DNA of 63,020 nt, the filler included, from Octopus bimaculoides (taxonomy: Eukaryota), in assembly GCF_001194135.2 (NCBI RefSeq). It is 9 parts of 8 records of this genome, joined end to end, with 100 filler letters (N's around TTAATTAATTAA, not from the genome) between each part and the next. Parts side by side here need not be neighbours in the genome. Positions count along the whole stretch, not along the records: positions 1 to 31,434 come from NC_068993.1; 8 more parts are not named here. One strand, given 5' to 3'. Below the pieces are notes generated by a model. It had not been told where the DNA came from. It did not search any database and saw nothing but the letters and a program-made list of their open reading frames with translations. Positions 13,506-26,674 of the stretch are shown one piece after another. The position numbers were made by a program, and so were the translations under genes. How positions within the stretch are numbered: position 1 is the first letter of the stretch; the number at the start of each line of letters is the position of its first letter.

Positions 13506-14452
13506 GAAAAAAAGGATTACGCGCACACAGACACACACACACCACAGACGGACAGAGAGAGAGGGCTAGAGAGAGAGAGAGGGAGGGAGGGAGGGAGAGA
13601 GAGAAAAAGAGAGAAAGCCATTCGCTTATATAAGCAATTCACATTCTCCTAATGTTAACAAATTTGAATAAGGTTAATTATAACAGAAATATCTATTTTA
13701 ATCGGTCATCTATTATTATAAAAAATATACGTACAGGCGCACTCATTTACGCACAACCAAACACAAACACACACACGCAGTCACACACACATTCAATGAA
13801 ACTATAAATAGCTACAAGTGTGTGTTTATGTCAATTTTCATTTTGAACGAATTAGTTTTGTGGAAACATTTGCTGTCTGCTATTAAATAAGCTGAGAATT
13901 GAAAACTAGGTTAATTACTGTTATTAATTATAATAATTATATTTTTTGATGGCCAGTATGTTAAAGAGAGAGACACTTACTTCAAGGGAAATAATCATAA
14001 TGAGAAAGTGGGTTGATGAGGAGGAGGTGGGCACGGTATACTGTGACGTTTCAAATGCGATTTGGGCGTCTATTATTGGGACAATTTGTATTCCATTAGT
14101 AAACTAATATTTCTGAGAAAGAACTGACGATTTTATGTTTCATTGTTTTCATATACATGTCTTATCTCCAAGAACTATTGTGTCTCCAAATAAAATTTTC
14201 CATGAGCCGGTGCAGGAATCTGTTAGTTATCGACAGATGTTTAGAGTATAAGCAACCCCTAATTTTTTTATAAAACATTTCTTACCCTCATAAAATACAG
14301 CGGATCTACATGTGATAAGCTTATCAACGTAGCAGAAGGATATTATAGATATATCTTCGAATTTTTTTCTATATTTCAGTTTGATTACCTCTTGATGTAA
14401 AGGTAAACATATTATTTTTCAGCTCTCAAGGCACGAAAAGTCACAATGGTAT

Positions 14453-14838
14453 ATTATTGTTGGCACTCCGTCGCTTACGACGTCGAGGGTTCCAGTTGAT
14501 CTGATCAACGGAACAGCTTGCTCGTGAAATTAACGTGCAAGTAGCTGAGCACTCCACAGACACGTGTACCCTTAACGTAGTTCTCGGGGATATTCAGCGT
14601 GACACAGTATGACAAGGCTGACCCTTTGAATAACAGGCACAGCAGAAACAGGAAGTAAGGGTGAGAGAAAGTTGTGGTGGAAGAGTACACAGGGTTCGCC
14701 ACCATACCCTGCCGGAGCCTCGTGGAGCTTTAGGTGTTTTCGCTCAATAAACACTCATAACGCCCGGTCTGGGAATCGAAACCGCGATCCTATGGCATGA
14801 AGTCCACCGCCCTAACCACTGGGCCATTGCGCCTCCAC
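14453..14838 (-). mobile_element. Full-length tRNA-derived SINE family D (tail type 1)
   Basis: Minus-strand head gtggaggcgcaatggcccagtggttagggcgg..ggtttcgattccc (A and B boxes), body, and 3' tail ..gtaagcgacggagtgccaacaata. Confidence 0.85.
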
Positions 14839-16078
14839 CAACAAGGGTATAACAAATAATATAAGTTTCAAGGATGTTCTATGCTAAGATTATACCAGCA
14901 GTACCACCTATGTGAACATTTCACGATCTCAAAGATTAAAAGATTACTGTTAACAGTGCATTTCAAATGAATTCTTATTTGTAATTCAACAATATATATA
15001 TAGGCTACTCCAGCATATCTTTGGTATTTGTGTAGTATTTTAACTATTCTTTGATTAAGATAACAATATGTACGTTAGTTCTACGTGATATGAGGAGTAA
15101 CGTAAAGCGCTTTATTTCACTCAGCATCGTTTTTCACTGATATTGGTTTATTTAGTTCAGGCAATAGAGAGTGCTTGACATATTTTAAAGAAATGCATCA
15201 GATTTAAAATACGCACCCCATTTTTAGTCTTCGGTCAAATGTTGCAGTTATATTTATCGTTATTGTGTAGGTGAGAGGAGGGACACTGAATCGATCTGGT
15301 ATTGACATAATTTGTGTTTCACTCAAGAATACAACGTCCTGCTCAGTCTGTAAATCGAGCCCACNNNNNNNNNNNNNNNNNNNNNNNNNNNNNNNNNNNN
15401 NNNNNNNNNNNNNNNNNNNNNNNNNNNNNNNNNNNNNNNNNNNNNNNNNNNNNNNNNNNNNNNNTATATATATATATACATATACATACATATATACATA
15501 TACATGTGTAGGTAACAGAAAGACAATACACAAGCAATGCATGTATGAATATACACATACACACATATACACAAATACGCACGAGTGTGTTGTGTGCGTG
15601 TGTGTAAAGTATGTTTGTGTGCGGGGATGTGTTTGTATGTATTTGTCATTGTGTTTCTTTTGCTTATTGATTGACTATGTTTGCGGAAGCCAATATGTTA
15701 GACGGGGATAGAAGCGACAATTCCAAATTAATGCATTTCTTGCACTATCCCCCCCACTCTCTATCTATCTATCTCTACTTATCTATCTACCTGTCTATTT
15801 ATCTGTCTCTTTCACTCGCTCTCTATGATTCTCTCGATCTCTCTGTATATCTCGCTCTATCACCATCACACTTCTGTCTCTGTCTTTTTCTCTGCCTGTA
15901 TTTCTCTCTCTCTCTCTCTCTCTTTTCCACTGTTTCTTTCTCTCCTCTCCCACACTCACTCTCTCTGAATCTGCCACTCAAATTAGCTTTGATTATACAT
16001 TTCACCATTTCATTAATAAATATCTATCTATTTGTCTCTCTGTGTGTTTGTCTATGTATCTATTGATCTTTTTATTTA

Positions 16079-16163
<85 letters not shown>

Positions 16164-16209
16164 GTTTGTCTGACTACCTATCTATCTCTATTGATATTAA
16201 TATATGGAA

Positions 16210-16240
<31 letters not shown>

Positions 16241-16840
16241 TTTAAAGTGACCGACTGGGTAAGAGATACATACATGTGTATACAGACATTCATTCATAAT
16301 ACTCACACATATATATACATATATATGTGTATATACATGTATGATTTTGGATATTGATATGTTTGAGTGAGTTTGTATGCATAGGTAATAATGATACCAA
16401 TTGCAGATTCACAAACGAACATCTACACAAGCTATTACACAGAAATTCTCGCAGGTCATTCAATGCGTACAAATATATGGCGCGACATGAAATGAAATAA
16501 AATAAATGGAATATATGACTGTATATATTCATATGTTTTATCTAGATTATGTTAATTGTTTTCATTAGTTTCCATTCGTTTCTTAGTTTATTCTTCCCCT
16601 AACATTCTGCTCTGTCTTTTCTTTTCATGTATGTATATATAAATATATATATAAATTAGTGTACATTTAAAATGTTTTGGCGTATCCGGTGATGAGAACT
16701 TCACCTTGCAAATTATTTCATTTAGGCAGAAAGGTATACATATAAGATTTCAATACCTTATCCTGGAAACAGCTGTAAGACCTATTTATAAATGTTCTAA
16801 AATCTACACAGCCTTGGTTTTTTTTATCTCATTACGGAAA

Positions 16841-16887
<47 letters not shown>

Positions 16888-17139
16888 GTATTTGTGGATG
16901 GTCATATTGACAGTTTAGCCAATATAAACACACGCACTGTATATTTGGTGTTAATTTGCTTCAGCTTTATATTACATTACGTTAAATTAATCCTATTTCG
17001 GCCAGAGTTCGTTCGTCACACTTCTGTGACCTTTAAATGACTAAACTGGCAATATGACCATCCCCAAATACAACAACATCTGTATCAACACAGGATTTCA
17101 CATCAAAAATCTTGCAAAACAAATATATATATATATATA

Positions 17140-17332
17140 ACCCTAGTGGGTTCGCCTGCTCTACATTGATAAGGAGCAATACCCCGAAACTAGTCTTTAG
17201 ATGCCAGACCAGCAAGAGGAAGCGGCTGACCTTCCCTCTATCTATCTAGAGGCGATGGCATCTTGGAGCCAATCAACGGCAGCATTCGTCCTATTTTGGG
17301 GACTGCCATGCTGGCTTGGCGATAACTATTAA
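17140..17332 (+). mobile_element. ~190-bp GC-richer insert between (TA)n tracts carrying a degenerate type-I hammerhead motif (17160-17201)
   Basis: Stem I tctaca/tttaga (5 of 6 pairs), core TTGATAA (vs CTGATGA), stem II GGAG-caata-CCCC, GAAA-CTA-GTC. Confidence 0.5.
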
Positions 17333-18042
17333 TATATATATAGATATATATAAAGAAAGCACTCCACCTTCGGTCGAGGATGACTATGGGATTAGAACTA
17401 GAACGTTCTCGTCCTCTCGTCCGCGGTACAGCTCCGGACACGGTAGTTTGAGCACAATAGCGAATGCAGTCTCGAAGACATACATTTAATGAATACCCAT
17501 TACATTATACATATATACACACACGTACAGATTCACACACACTCTCTCATACAATATTGTTCACAATATGTAGCACAGAATGCATTAAAAACATTATTTT
17601 AAAAATTTGTAACGAAATGAAAAGTTATGTTACAGCTATATATATGTGGGTGTGAGAGCTTATTTATATGCATATGTACACGCACAGAAATACATACATA
17701 TGTGTGTTTGTGTGTGTGAGTGTGTGTGTGAGAGTATGTGTGTTTAGAAAAAGAGATGAAATGGGAAACTGACAAAGTGCGACAGAGATTGTGATCTCCG
17801 TAAATAATGTTCTTGAATTTCAATTTCAGATTCAATATCTTATGAAATAGCAGTTTCCATGGCAATGGCAATCACATATACAACAAGACATGTACAATCC
17901 CGATTAATAGAGTCAATCCAGTTACTATAGACAACCAAATGTTGACTGTATAGTTCTTAGATTTTGATCAACTAAATTGCAATCACCTAATAACTGATTA
18001 CTTTTCTTTCGGCATATACAAACTCATATTGCCTCATCTCAT

Positions 18043-18113
<71 letters not shown>

Positions 18114-18394
18114 ATTTTTCTGTCTATGACTCCTTATTTCTTTTTTTATTTTTCTACACCGTATATTCATCTACCTTCACTGTTGGGAGATATCTTGCTA
18201 CCAGGCAATATCTTCATTTTAATTACTAGAACATCACTCTCTACTTCTAATCCAATTGTTATGGCCGAATATAATGGATCTGAAAGGATCAGCTTCAGCA
18301 TCAAATACGGCATCAAAACAGCTTCACAATATCCTGCTCTCTTCCTATGTTTGATGATTCTAAATCACTTGACAGTTTTCTATTCCATTTGCAA

Positions 18395-18560
18395 TAATAA
18401 TAATAATAATTATAATAATAATGAGAAGAAGAAGAAGAAGAAGAAGAAGAAGAAGAAGAAGAAGAAGAAGAAGAAGAAGAAGAAGAAGAAGAAGAAGAAG
18501 AAGAAGAAGAAGAAGAAGAAGAAGAAGAAGAAGAAGAAGAAGAAGAAGAAGAAGAAGAAC
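18395..18560. repeat. Compound microsatellite (AAT)n(AAG)n
   Basis: Direct reading. Confidence 0.95.
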
Positions 18561-19162
18561 TACAACAACGACATCGATCTCTTGACATTGATCTTCAAAA
18601 CAAAGTTGGATTCTTAGTTGATTGTAATTAATTTCTTCCGAACTCATCATTAGAATTTCCTGTCATATTATCCAGGTAAAATAATAACCACAATCACATT
18701 GAAATTACAAGATTATCTCTTAAAATGATGTCACGTGCGACCATTATTACATTAATCTTACTTTGCTTTTGTTTTGTTTATTTTTTATTTATTTATTTAT
18801 TGTTTTGTTTTGTTTTCTTCTTGTATACTTCTTGAAAAATATTGAGACAATTGTCTGTGAAAACTACATATAACTGCGTTCTCGTGACACAAACGATTTC
18901 TTTTTAGTTCCCCGTATATTTCAAAATTGCTTGTCTGCATGTTCTAGCAAGCTGCTGAATTTTCTTCAACTTGCTTTAAACGCAAAATATGAGACAGAAA
19001 GCAGCCTGTTAGATTTCGTTTGTGTACAGCACCGTGTAAAATCATGTATCAAAACCAATGAACGCAGAATGTTTAGTCCTGTGGTTGAGTTACTGTTAGT
19101 CAATAGAAAAAGTTAGGACATCGTACAATCTTAACTTTATTTCTTTGTTTCTGATAAATTTA

Positions 19163-19235
19163 CAGGAGTGGCTAGGCTACGTGGTGAGTAGCTTGCTTAC
19201 CAACCACATGGTTCCGGGTTCAGTCCCACCGCGTG
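19163..19235 (+). mobile_element. SINE family B head, cut by a gap
   Basis: caggagtggct..gtggtgagtagcttgcttaccaaccacatggttccgggttcagtccc. Confidence 0.75.
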
Positions 19236-21284
19236 NNNNNNNNNNATATATATATATAAATGAGTAAAAAGAGTATAGATAACTTTTAAATGGTTCACTC
19301 TCCATAACGTGCAAAACTATCACAAATATAACCCGGTCTTACTCTGTCAGATGACTCTTAGCTGCTTTTAGCTGAATACTCTCAGTTGCGTTCAGTCTAA
19401 GGGCTAATGTGCTGATTCCTACTTAGCCCAGTTGTGAGTCATAATATCATTCTCTACTTTACTCAGCAGTTTTGGAAGCTTTTCAAAAGTCATGGACATC
19501 GCTTTTTCCAATATACTACAAAAACTCAATGTTTAGGTATTTTTCCTTCATGTAGAAATAATTTAGGAAAAAATTGTGCTCGACATACAAAGCTTTTTGT
19601 GGATTAATGTATAGGAAGATAGTTTAATTAGTGATAGCCCAGTGATACAATGGAGTATACAACTCAATTTAACACTAAGCCAGAGTATAATACAGAGAAA
19701 AATTACGTTGTGTTCATACCTTTAATAAATTTTCATTTTAACTCGCTTTTAAAATGAAATTTGAAGATCAATTTTACGATAGGTGCTCTACAGAATAGAT
19801 GATATGGGTCTGATGAACAAAACTCGTGACATGGTTCTATGAGTGTTCATTAGAATTAAGACACTAATGTGTGTTTTTTTTTTATAGACATGTTACGCAA
19901 AACGTTTAAGGTTCCTTTATCCTTAAATGAAAACAGTAATTGTAACTTAGATGTATTTTATGAAGACAGTAAAATATCGATTTTGTTTTAGATATCAAGT
20001 TGATCATTTAATTATGTGCATGATGTCACATTTGTTTACTTCTATTCTATAGTTTTTTTAAAAAATCAAAGTGTGATTAAAGGAATTGGGAACAGACAGT
20101 GCAGAGGGAAGACAGCAATTACTGCAGGGCATTTAATGTGGGGATTTTTCCTGGCTGTTTTACCGATGGATTAAAACACACATTGTCTCGCTTCCACACA
20201 TAAATCGGAATGAAATATTAATCAGATTAACCAATGCATCTTTAGTAAAATATATGAAATCTTATACAACATACATTTCTGAATGTTTTTACCATATGAA
20301 TTCTACCCACAATAATTCTTCAGATATTTTAAAATTACCAATACTCGTCTCAACACAAGATGTTTCTGTTTTCATACGATTTTTATATCTTTTGTCAGAT
20401 TCCAAGGATTTTATATGGTATTTGAGGTAGCCATGGAATATACGAGGCTCACCCTGGAATTCTATGAGTGGATATATAGTATTTGTGTCACATTGAATTT
20501 TGTAGGCTTACTAGAACACATAAACGCATTTCCTTTAAGTTAGAAATAATGGACAATTTCTAAAGGAACACTGATGAATTTTTCCATGCTAATGGATATA
20601 TTTTGAACTGAGCTTGCAGAGAGTTTGATTATCTTGGTTATGGGTTTCAAATTATAGGTGCAGGCATGAACCTCTCACCTACTAGAATACTTCGCCACGA
20701 GTTAATATGTTACAAATCTCAGTTACTTGAATAATTCAAAAGCTTGTGAGCCCTTGGCTGGTATTAAATACATGAAATTGAATGACTGTAACTGGAGTTG
20801 AAGTATAGCAGCTATATATTCTGAGAAACTATACGATCTAACACCAAGTAACTTCAAGGACATTATTATATAACACCTGCTTTCCATCCTGGGCTGAAAG
20901 AAGGAAAATTCTACTTTACTGTCTTAATTTCTCTAGAGAGTCCGGCATAAAAATTGCAGATTCTGTAAGAAGGTGCAAATGTAGTATTCATCAACAGAGA
21001 AGCAAACGTATTGTCTTATTGTTATCAAAGCAAAGTCCTGTCAAATAACTTACATTCATTAACCGCAAAAATGCAACGAAAGCGTCCTTAACTCTATATT
21101 GCCCGTAAGCACATTCAAGGTAGACAATACATGATTGCTCATAGTGATATTTTTCCCTGGCGCAGAATACTAGCGTTACGTATTATTCCGTATTATTGCT
21201 AATAACCACTAACATTTACAGGCACATAGCACACAATAACTAATGCGGCAGCATATGAGTTATGCACCATGATATCCGTGTGAA

Positions 21285-21329
<45 letters not shown>

Positions 21330-21411
21330 NNNNNNNNNNNNNNNNNNNNNNNNNNNNNNNNNNNNNNNNNNNNNNNNNNNNNNNNNNNNNNNNNNNNNNN
21401 NNNNNNNNNNN

Positions 21412-21461
<50 letters not shown>

Positions 21462-21467
21462 TGTGTG

Positions 21468-21498
<31 letters not shown>

Positions 21499-22197
21499 TT
21501 TCGTGTGTGTGTGTGTAAGGCCTCCAATCTAGGTTCCACAGATGGCTTTAGGTGGTGCAGTTTGGCTCAAATAGTAAATTAGGAATCCTCAAAAGTATCT
21601 GAAGGGTCCCTGAAAAAAATTTTGGTTTAGATGTATGCGATACTAACAATCATGGAAGACACTCTTGGTCGCAGTATTGCAGAGTAAAACCGAACTCATA
21701 ACTAAATATTTATGAAGCTAGCTTCGTAACCACACCGTCATGAATTTGCTAGTGTACTACGCAAAACTAAATAAAATTGTTTAAACCGCATGAATTATTG
21801 AAAACCTTAATATACTTGAGTGTCGAATTTCATGCAATTTTAGTTCGAATCCTGGTAAAGCAGGAGGCGGTGGACAACTTTTATTTTTGTGTTTTCTTTG
21901 TTGATAATCACCAGTAAATTTTTAATGTCGATTTAATTGACTCTATATTACTTTTAACATAAGTGGTTTGCACCTGTAGGACTAAACAAAGACTTGAGAA
22001 AGATGGGCAGAAAGCAGAAGGAACAGAGAGACAGAAAGACGAAGAGAGAGGGGGAGAAAGTAATTCAGGAGAAAATTTATGAGTATTTAAAAAAAATCAG
22101 CTAAACTAGAAAACAGGAATTAAACTAAGACTGTCTAGGAATAAGGAGCGAAAGGAAATAGAGAAGCAATGAAACCAAAAAAGCTCAATGGTGAAAC

Positions 22198-22228
<31 letters not shown>

Positions 22229-22937
22229 GGGAAGGCATGAAAGAAAAAAGACAATAGTGAAATAACGGCTATAACGATGCATTATCTGAAAATTTGATGG
22301 CGCAGTCATGGTTAGAAAAAAGAAAAAAAGTAAGAAAGAAAGACATGTATGTATGAAGGAAGGAAGGAAGAAAGAAAGAAAGAAAGAAAGAAAGAGAGAA
22401 AGAAAGAAAGGAGGAACGAGATTGAAGCGAGCAAGGAAGGAAAGAAAAACGGGAAAACGAAAGAGCCGTATAGTAAAAAAGAGAGTGATCGAAAGAAGAG
22501 AAGTGAAAGAAATTTCGGAATCATTAAAAAAGAAAAAAAATGCCAAAAGAAGGAGAGAGAAAAAAAGGAGAGAAAAAGAAAGCATGAAACATGAGAGGGA
22601 GAGACAATAAAAAGTCAGAGAGAAAGAACAAATGTGAGAAGGTAAGAAAGAAAACGAAACAAAAGTACGTAGAATATAAATAAGCACAAAAAGAAATTTA
22701 TGAAGGATCTCTCATGAAAAGGGAAAGCATGCAAGACAGACTGAAACAACGACAGAAAGAAAAAAAGAGATGAAAGAGTGTGAAGTAACAAACAGATAAA
22801 CAAATAAACAAGCCATATGTACATAAATAAACAAATTTAGAAACCAATACAGATGGATATCAACATGAACGAAAAAGAAAGACAAAAATATAAGCCAAAA
22901 ATGTAAACGTATAAAAACCGAAAAAAAAAGCAAATAG

Positions 22938-22942
22938 TAGTA

Positions 22943-23002
<60 letters not shown>
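22938..23002. repeat. (TAA)n microsatellite
   Basis: Direct reading. Confidence 0.95.
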
Positions 23003-23003
<1 letters not shown>

Positions 23004-23442
23004 GTAAAGAAATAAACCAACAGTCATCCATCACTTCTCACGTGTGTTGCTTTCATCAAATCTTCGGTTCGACTCTTCTAAAATTCTGTAACCACCGTTT
23101 GTAAGCAATATATCTCGGATTTCTCTCTTCCTACTTACTAATTCCTCACAAATGTCGATTCAAGTCATTCATCGCACTGAAAATGTCTGAGGCAGCGGTG
23201 AGGTCACCACAATAGTATTACAAGACGTGAAAAGCATCTTTGCAAAGATATATATGTGTGTGTGTGTGTGTGTGTGTATTTCTGTGTATGCGGTTGTGTG
23301 ACTGTGTATGAACGTTTGCCCTCGCGTTTGTGTGATTCTCAATATATCTATGTGCGCACGATTCTATATGTGTGTATGTGTACATAAATACAAATATATG
23401 TATATGCGTATATGCACTTATATACGTATATACACATATGTG

Positions 23443-23479
<37 letters not shown>

Positions 23480-23789
23480 CGTATGTGTGTGTCTGTTAGT
23501 GTGTACATATATAAATGCATATACATATGTATTGTTTTACTCATTATATATATATATATATATATGTGTGTGTAAGTATGTATACGTTCGTGTTTGTATG
23601 TATATGTGTGTTTGTGCTTGTGCAATGAAACCTCTTAAGTAAGCAAGACTATCAATTTCATTAGATTTTTATAATATGCAGGTGATACTGATTCTTAATA
23701 TTTCTGTTTTAGGTTCATTTTACTTCTTACTTCTTATATGTTGTGAGTATATGGGGGTAGCACGTTGTTACTTAGATATTTTTACGTAC

Positions 23790-24050
23790 CAAAAAAAATG
23801 GCGGATATTTTCCGGTTTCCAGCGAGTGCTACAGAAAGGCGCAGAAGTGGTCTACATAATAAGGAATTATTGAAACTGCTTTGGTTGCTGGTTGCTACTT
23901 TTAGCGGATCGAGGGGCCGCTTCGGGTATATTTCATTCTTTTGTGATTCCTTCGTTAGCTCGAATCTCTGAATGATGGCTGCAAATTCTGGCGGGGTAAC
24001 AAAGAGATTTTGAGGGGCGGGATGGAAGGAGAGAAGATTACATCGAGCCC
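23790..24050. promoter_or_regulatory. CpG-enriched promoter-like or first-exon candidate
   Basis: AAAATGGCGG (YY1-type motif) at ~23795, GGGGCGGG at ~24014, locally raised CpG. Confidence 0.25.
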
Positions 24051-24051
24051 A

Positions 24052-24074
24052 AACCCTAACCCTAACCCTAACCC
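24052..24074. repeat. Short interstitial telomere-type repeat (CCCTAA)3
   Basis: aaccctaaccctaaccctaaccc. Confidence 0.8.
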
Positions 24075-24448
24075 AATCATTTGACTGCGGCCATGCTGGA
24101 GCACCGCCTTTCGTCGAAGAAATCGACCTCAGGATTTATTCGTTGTAAGCCTAGTACTTATTCTATCGGTCACTTTTGCCGAACCGCTAAGTTGCGGGGA
24201 CATGAGGACACCAGCATCGGTTGTCAACCGATGGTGGTGGTGGACACACACACACACACACACACACATATCTATATATATACATAGATATACGACAGGT
24301 TTTCAATTTCCGTCTACCAAATCCACTCACAAGTCTTTGGTCGGCCCGAGGCTATAGTAGAAGTTACTTGCCCGAGGTGCCAGGTAGTGGGACTGAACTC
24401 AGAACCATGTGGCTGGTAAGCAAGCTATTTACCACACACTCGCTCCTG
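24075..24448 (-). mobile_element. SINE family B, near full length
   Basis: Minus-strand tRNA-like head, then ggcacctcgggcaag..ctactatagcctcgggccgaccaaag, an internal (TG)n, and ..ctccagcatggccgcagtcaaatg. Confidence 0.85.
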
Positions 24449-24450
24449 AT

Positions 24451-24583
24451 CCTATTTCATCGACGCCGAAAGGATGAAACGCAACATCGGCCTCGACGGA
24501 ATTTAAAACCTGAACGTAAAGACGAACGAAATACTGCTAAGCATTTTGTCCGGTGCGATAACTATTCTGCCTGCACACCGCCT
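24451..24583 (-). mobile_element. SINE family A 5' part
   Basis: Reverse complement of ggcggtgtgcaggcagaatagttatcgcaccggacaaaatgcttagcagtatttcgttcgtctttacgttc. Confidence 0.75.
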
Positions 24584-26219
24584 TTACATATTAACCCTAT
24601 TAAAATCCTCGCGTACTTATAGTTCAGCTAGTCTGATCCACTTTGCAGATCTAGTTAACAAATCAGTTAATATTACCTTACTTAGCTTACCAATTTTGTC
24701 AGGAAATTTTCATAATTGTCACACGCATTTTATATCCATCGTACCCTATTTTGTCCCAAGAGTGGACTAATTGTATAGAATTAATACCAAAGTAGTTACT
24801 CAAGCTATGATGAAGAACATTCCGGTTTTTATATTATTTCCAGGAATAGATTATGAAAAGCCTAATTTGTTTCCGTCATCGTCATCATCGTTGTTGTTGC
24901 TGATGCTGTTGTCGTACATGTTGAATTCTGGTAGGACAGATCTATATCATCACTTCTGTGTTTTGACTTTTTTTCTTTTTAGATAAATGTCTCTTGTTCT
25001 AATATATGAAAAACCAAAAGACACAATGAGTACCATTGTTCTAGATAGAGCATGTACGACCTGATACAAATTGCAGCAATAAAAAAGCAATAAAAACAGC
25101 AATAAAAAGCGCTGGTATAGCCATGTCGTTCACAAATACACATCGTCGTAGTTCGTGGCACATTGTACAAGTTCTTTAAATCCCATTTCTATGTCAGCTT
25201 AGAGGTTTTGATTCAAAACGTGTAAATAGAAACTCTGCAGAACCCTTTCAGGTATACATCATCCCCTTAAACGGTAGACATAATATGTCACCCGGATTAA
25301 CACCAAGAACAACAACACCAATATCAACACATCGGTCTTGAGTGCTGTTATGAGTTGACTCTAAGTTTCCAACGAGTTCTTGGCAGTCTGAGAGCGATGG
25401 CTCTGTTTTATTATATTCTTCAATTAACCGAATCGGAGTTGATGTGCTTCTAGAAAAATCACCACCGCTTCTTTTCTATCTTTGAAGAACCTGAAAAAAA
25501 AAAACCAAAAAGAAAAAGAAAAGAAACCACACATCACAAAATAAACCATTGGAGGATAAGAAAAGAAACAAAAATAAAACAATAATCAAATACTCACACT
25601 AATAACAAACATTTCACTTGAAAATATCCACCCCCGGCAACATCATCTTAAAATCCTTTATAATTTGTTTTTCTCTTACGTTTTTACCATATATTAATTA
25701 ATGTAGAAATGCAGATTATGTAGCTAATGCTGAAGATTCATTAAGGAAACCTGACTCTTTTCTGATTATTTCTGTTTAACTTGACGTATCAAACGTGAAA
25801 TAGCATTAGATTCCATCATATACTGATTACATAGACATCTAAAGTATCATGTTGTTAACGTTGATATATAACTTAACCTCACTAAACGAACAGATGTGAG
25901 TAAATACATATACGTATATACATACTTACATACACGCATACAANNNNNNNNNNNNNNNNNNNNNNNNNNNNNNNNNNNNNNNNNNNNNNNNNNNNNNNNN
26001 NNNNNNNNNNNNNNNNNNNNNNNNNNNNNNNNNNNNNNNNNNNNNNNNNNNNNNNNNNNNNNNNNNNNNNNNNNNNNNNNNNNNNNNNNNNNNNNNNNNN
26101 NNNNNNNNNNNNNNNNNNNNNNNNNNNNNNNNNNNNNNNNNNNNNNNNNNNNNNNNNNNNNNNNNNNNNNNNNNNNNNNNNNNNNNNNNNNNNNNNNNNN
26201 NNNNNNNNNNNNNNNNNNN

Positions 26220-26352
26220 AGTCAACTAAATCCACTCACTTTGGTCGGCCAAAGGCTATAACAGAATGCACTTGACCAAGATGCCACGCAGTAGAACTGA
26301 ACCCGGAACTATGTGGTGGAGGGGCAAACTTCTTACCACACAGTCACGCATG
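26220..26352 (-). mobile_element. SINE family B 5' fragment
   Basis: aatccactcac..ggtcggccaaaggctata..gccacgcagtagaactgaacccggaac. Confidence 0.7.
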
Positions 26353-26364
26353 TGCTTATTACAC

Positions 26365-26423
<59 letters not shown>

Positions 26424-26640
26424 CTTGTGCGTGTGTGTATTTGTGTGGTTCAAGCTCCGTGAGTGCGTTTCGCTATTTCAATTTTATCTATATGAGTATG
26501 CGTATATGTATTCATATAGCGTATACTTATACATGTCTGCAGTCTACATCTACAAAGATGGAATATAGATACATATTTGTGTACACATATATATCTGAAT
26601 GTGTGTGTGTGTGTATGTGTGTGTGCGTGTGTGTGTGCAC

Positions 26641-26674
<34 letters not shown>

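Noticed and set aside
17262-17450. CCAAT box plus TATA-like tract plus short ORF (MTMGLELERSRPLVRGTAPDT) as a promoter
   Set aside because: The CCAAT lies inside the hammerhead-bearing insert and the TATA is a (TA)n microsatellite; the donor is weak
19240-21240. Repeat-poor 2-kb stretch scanned for exons
   Set aside because: Several AG/GT pairs, but I found no open frame bounded by good sites and no recognisable protein motif
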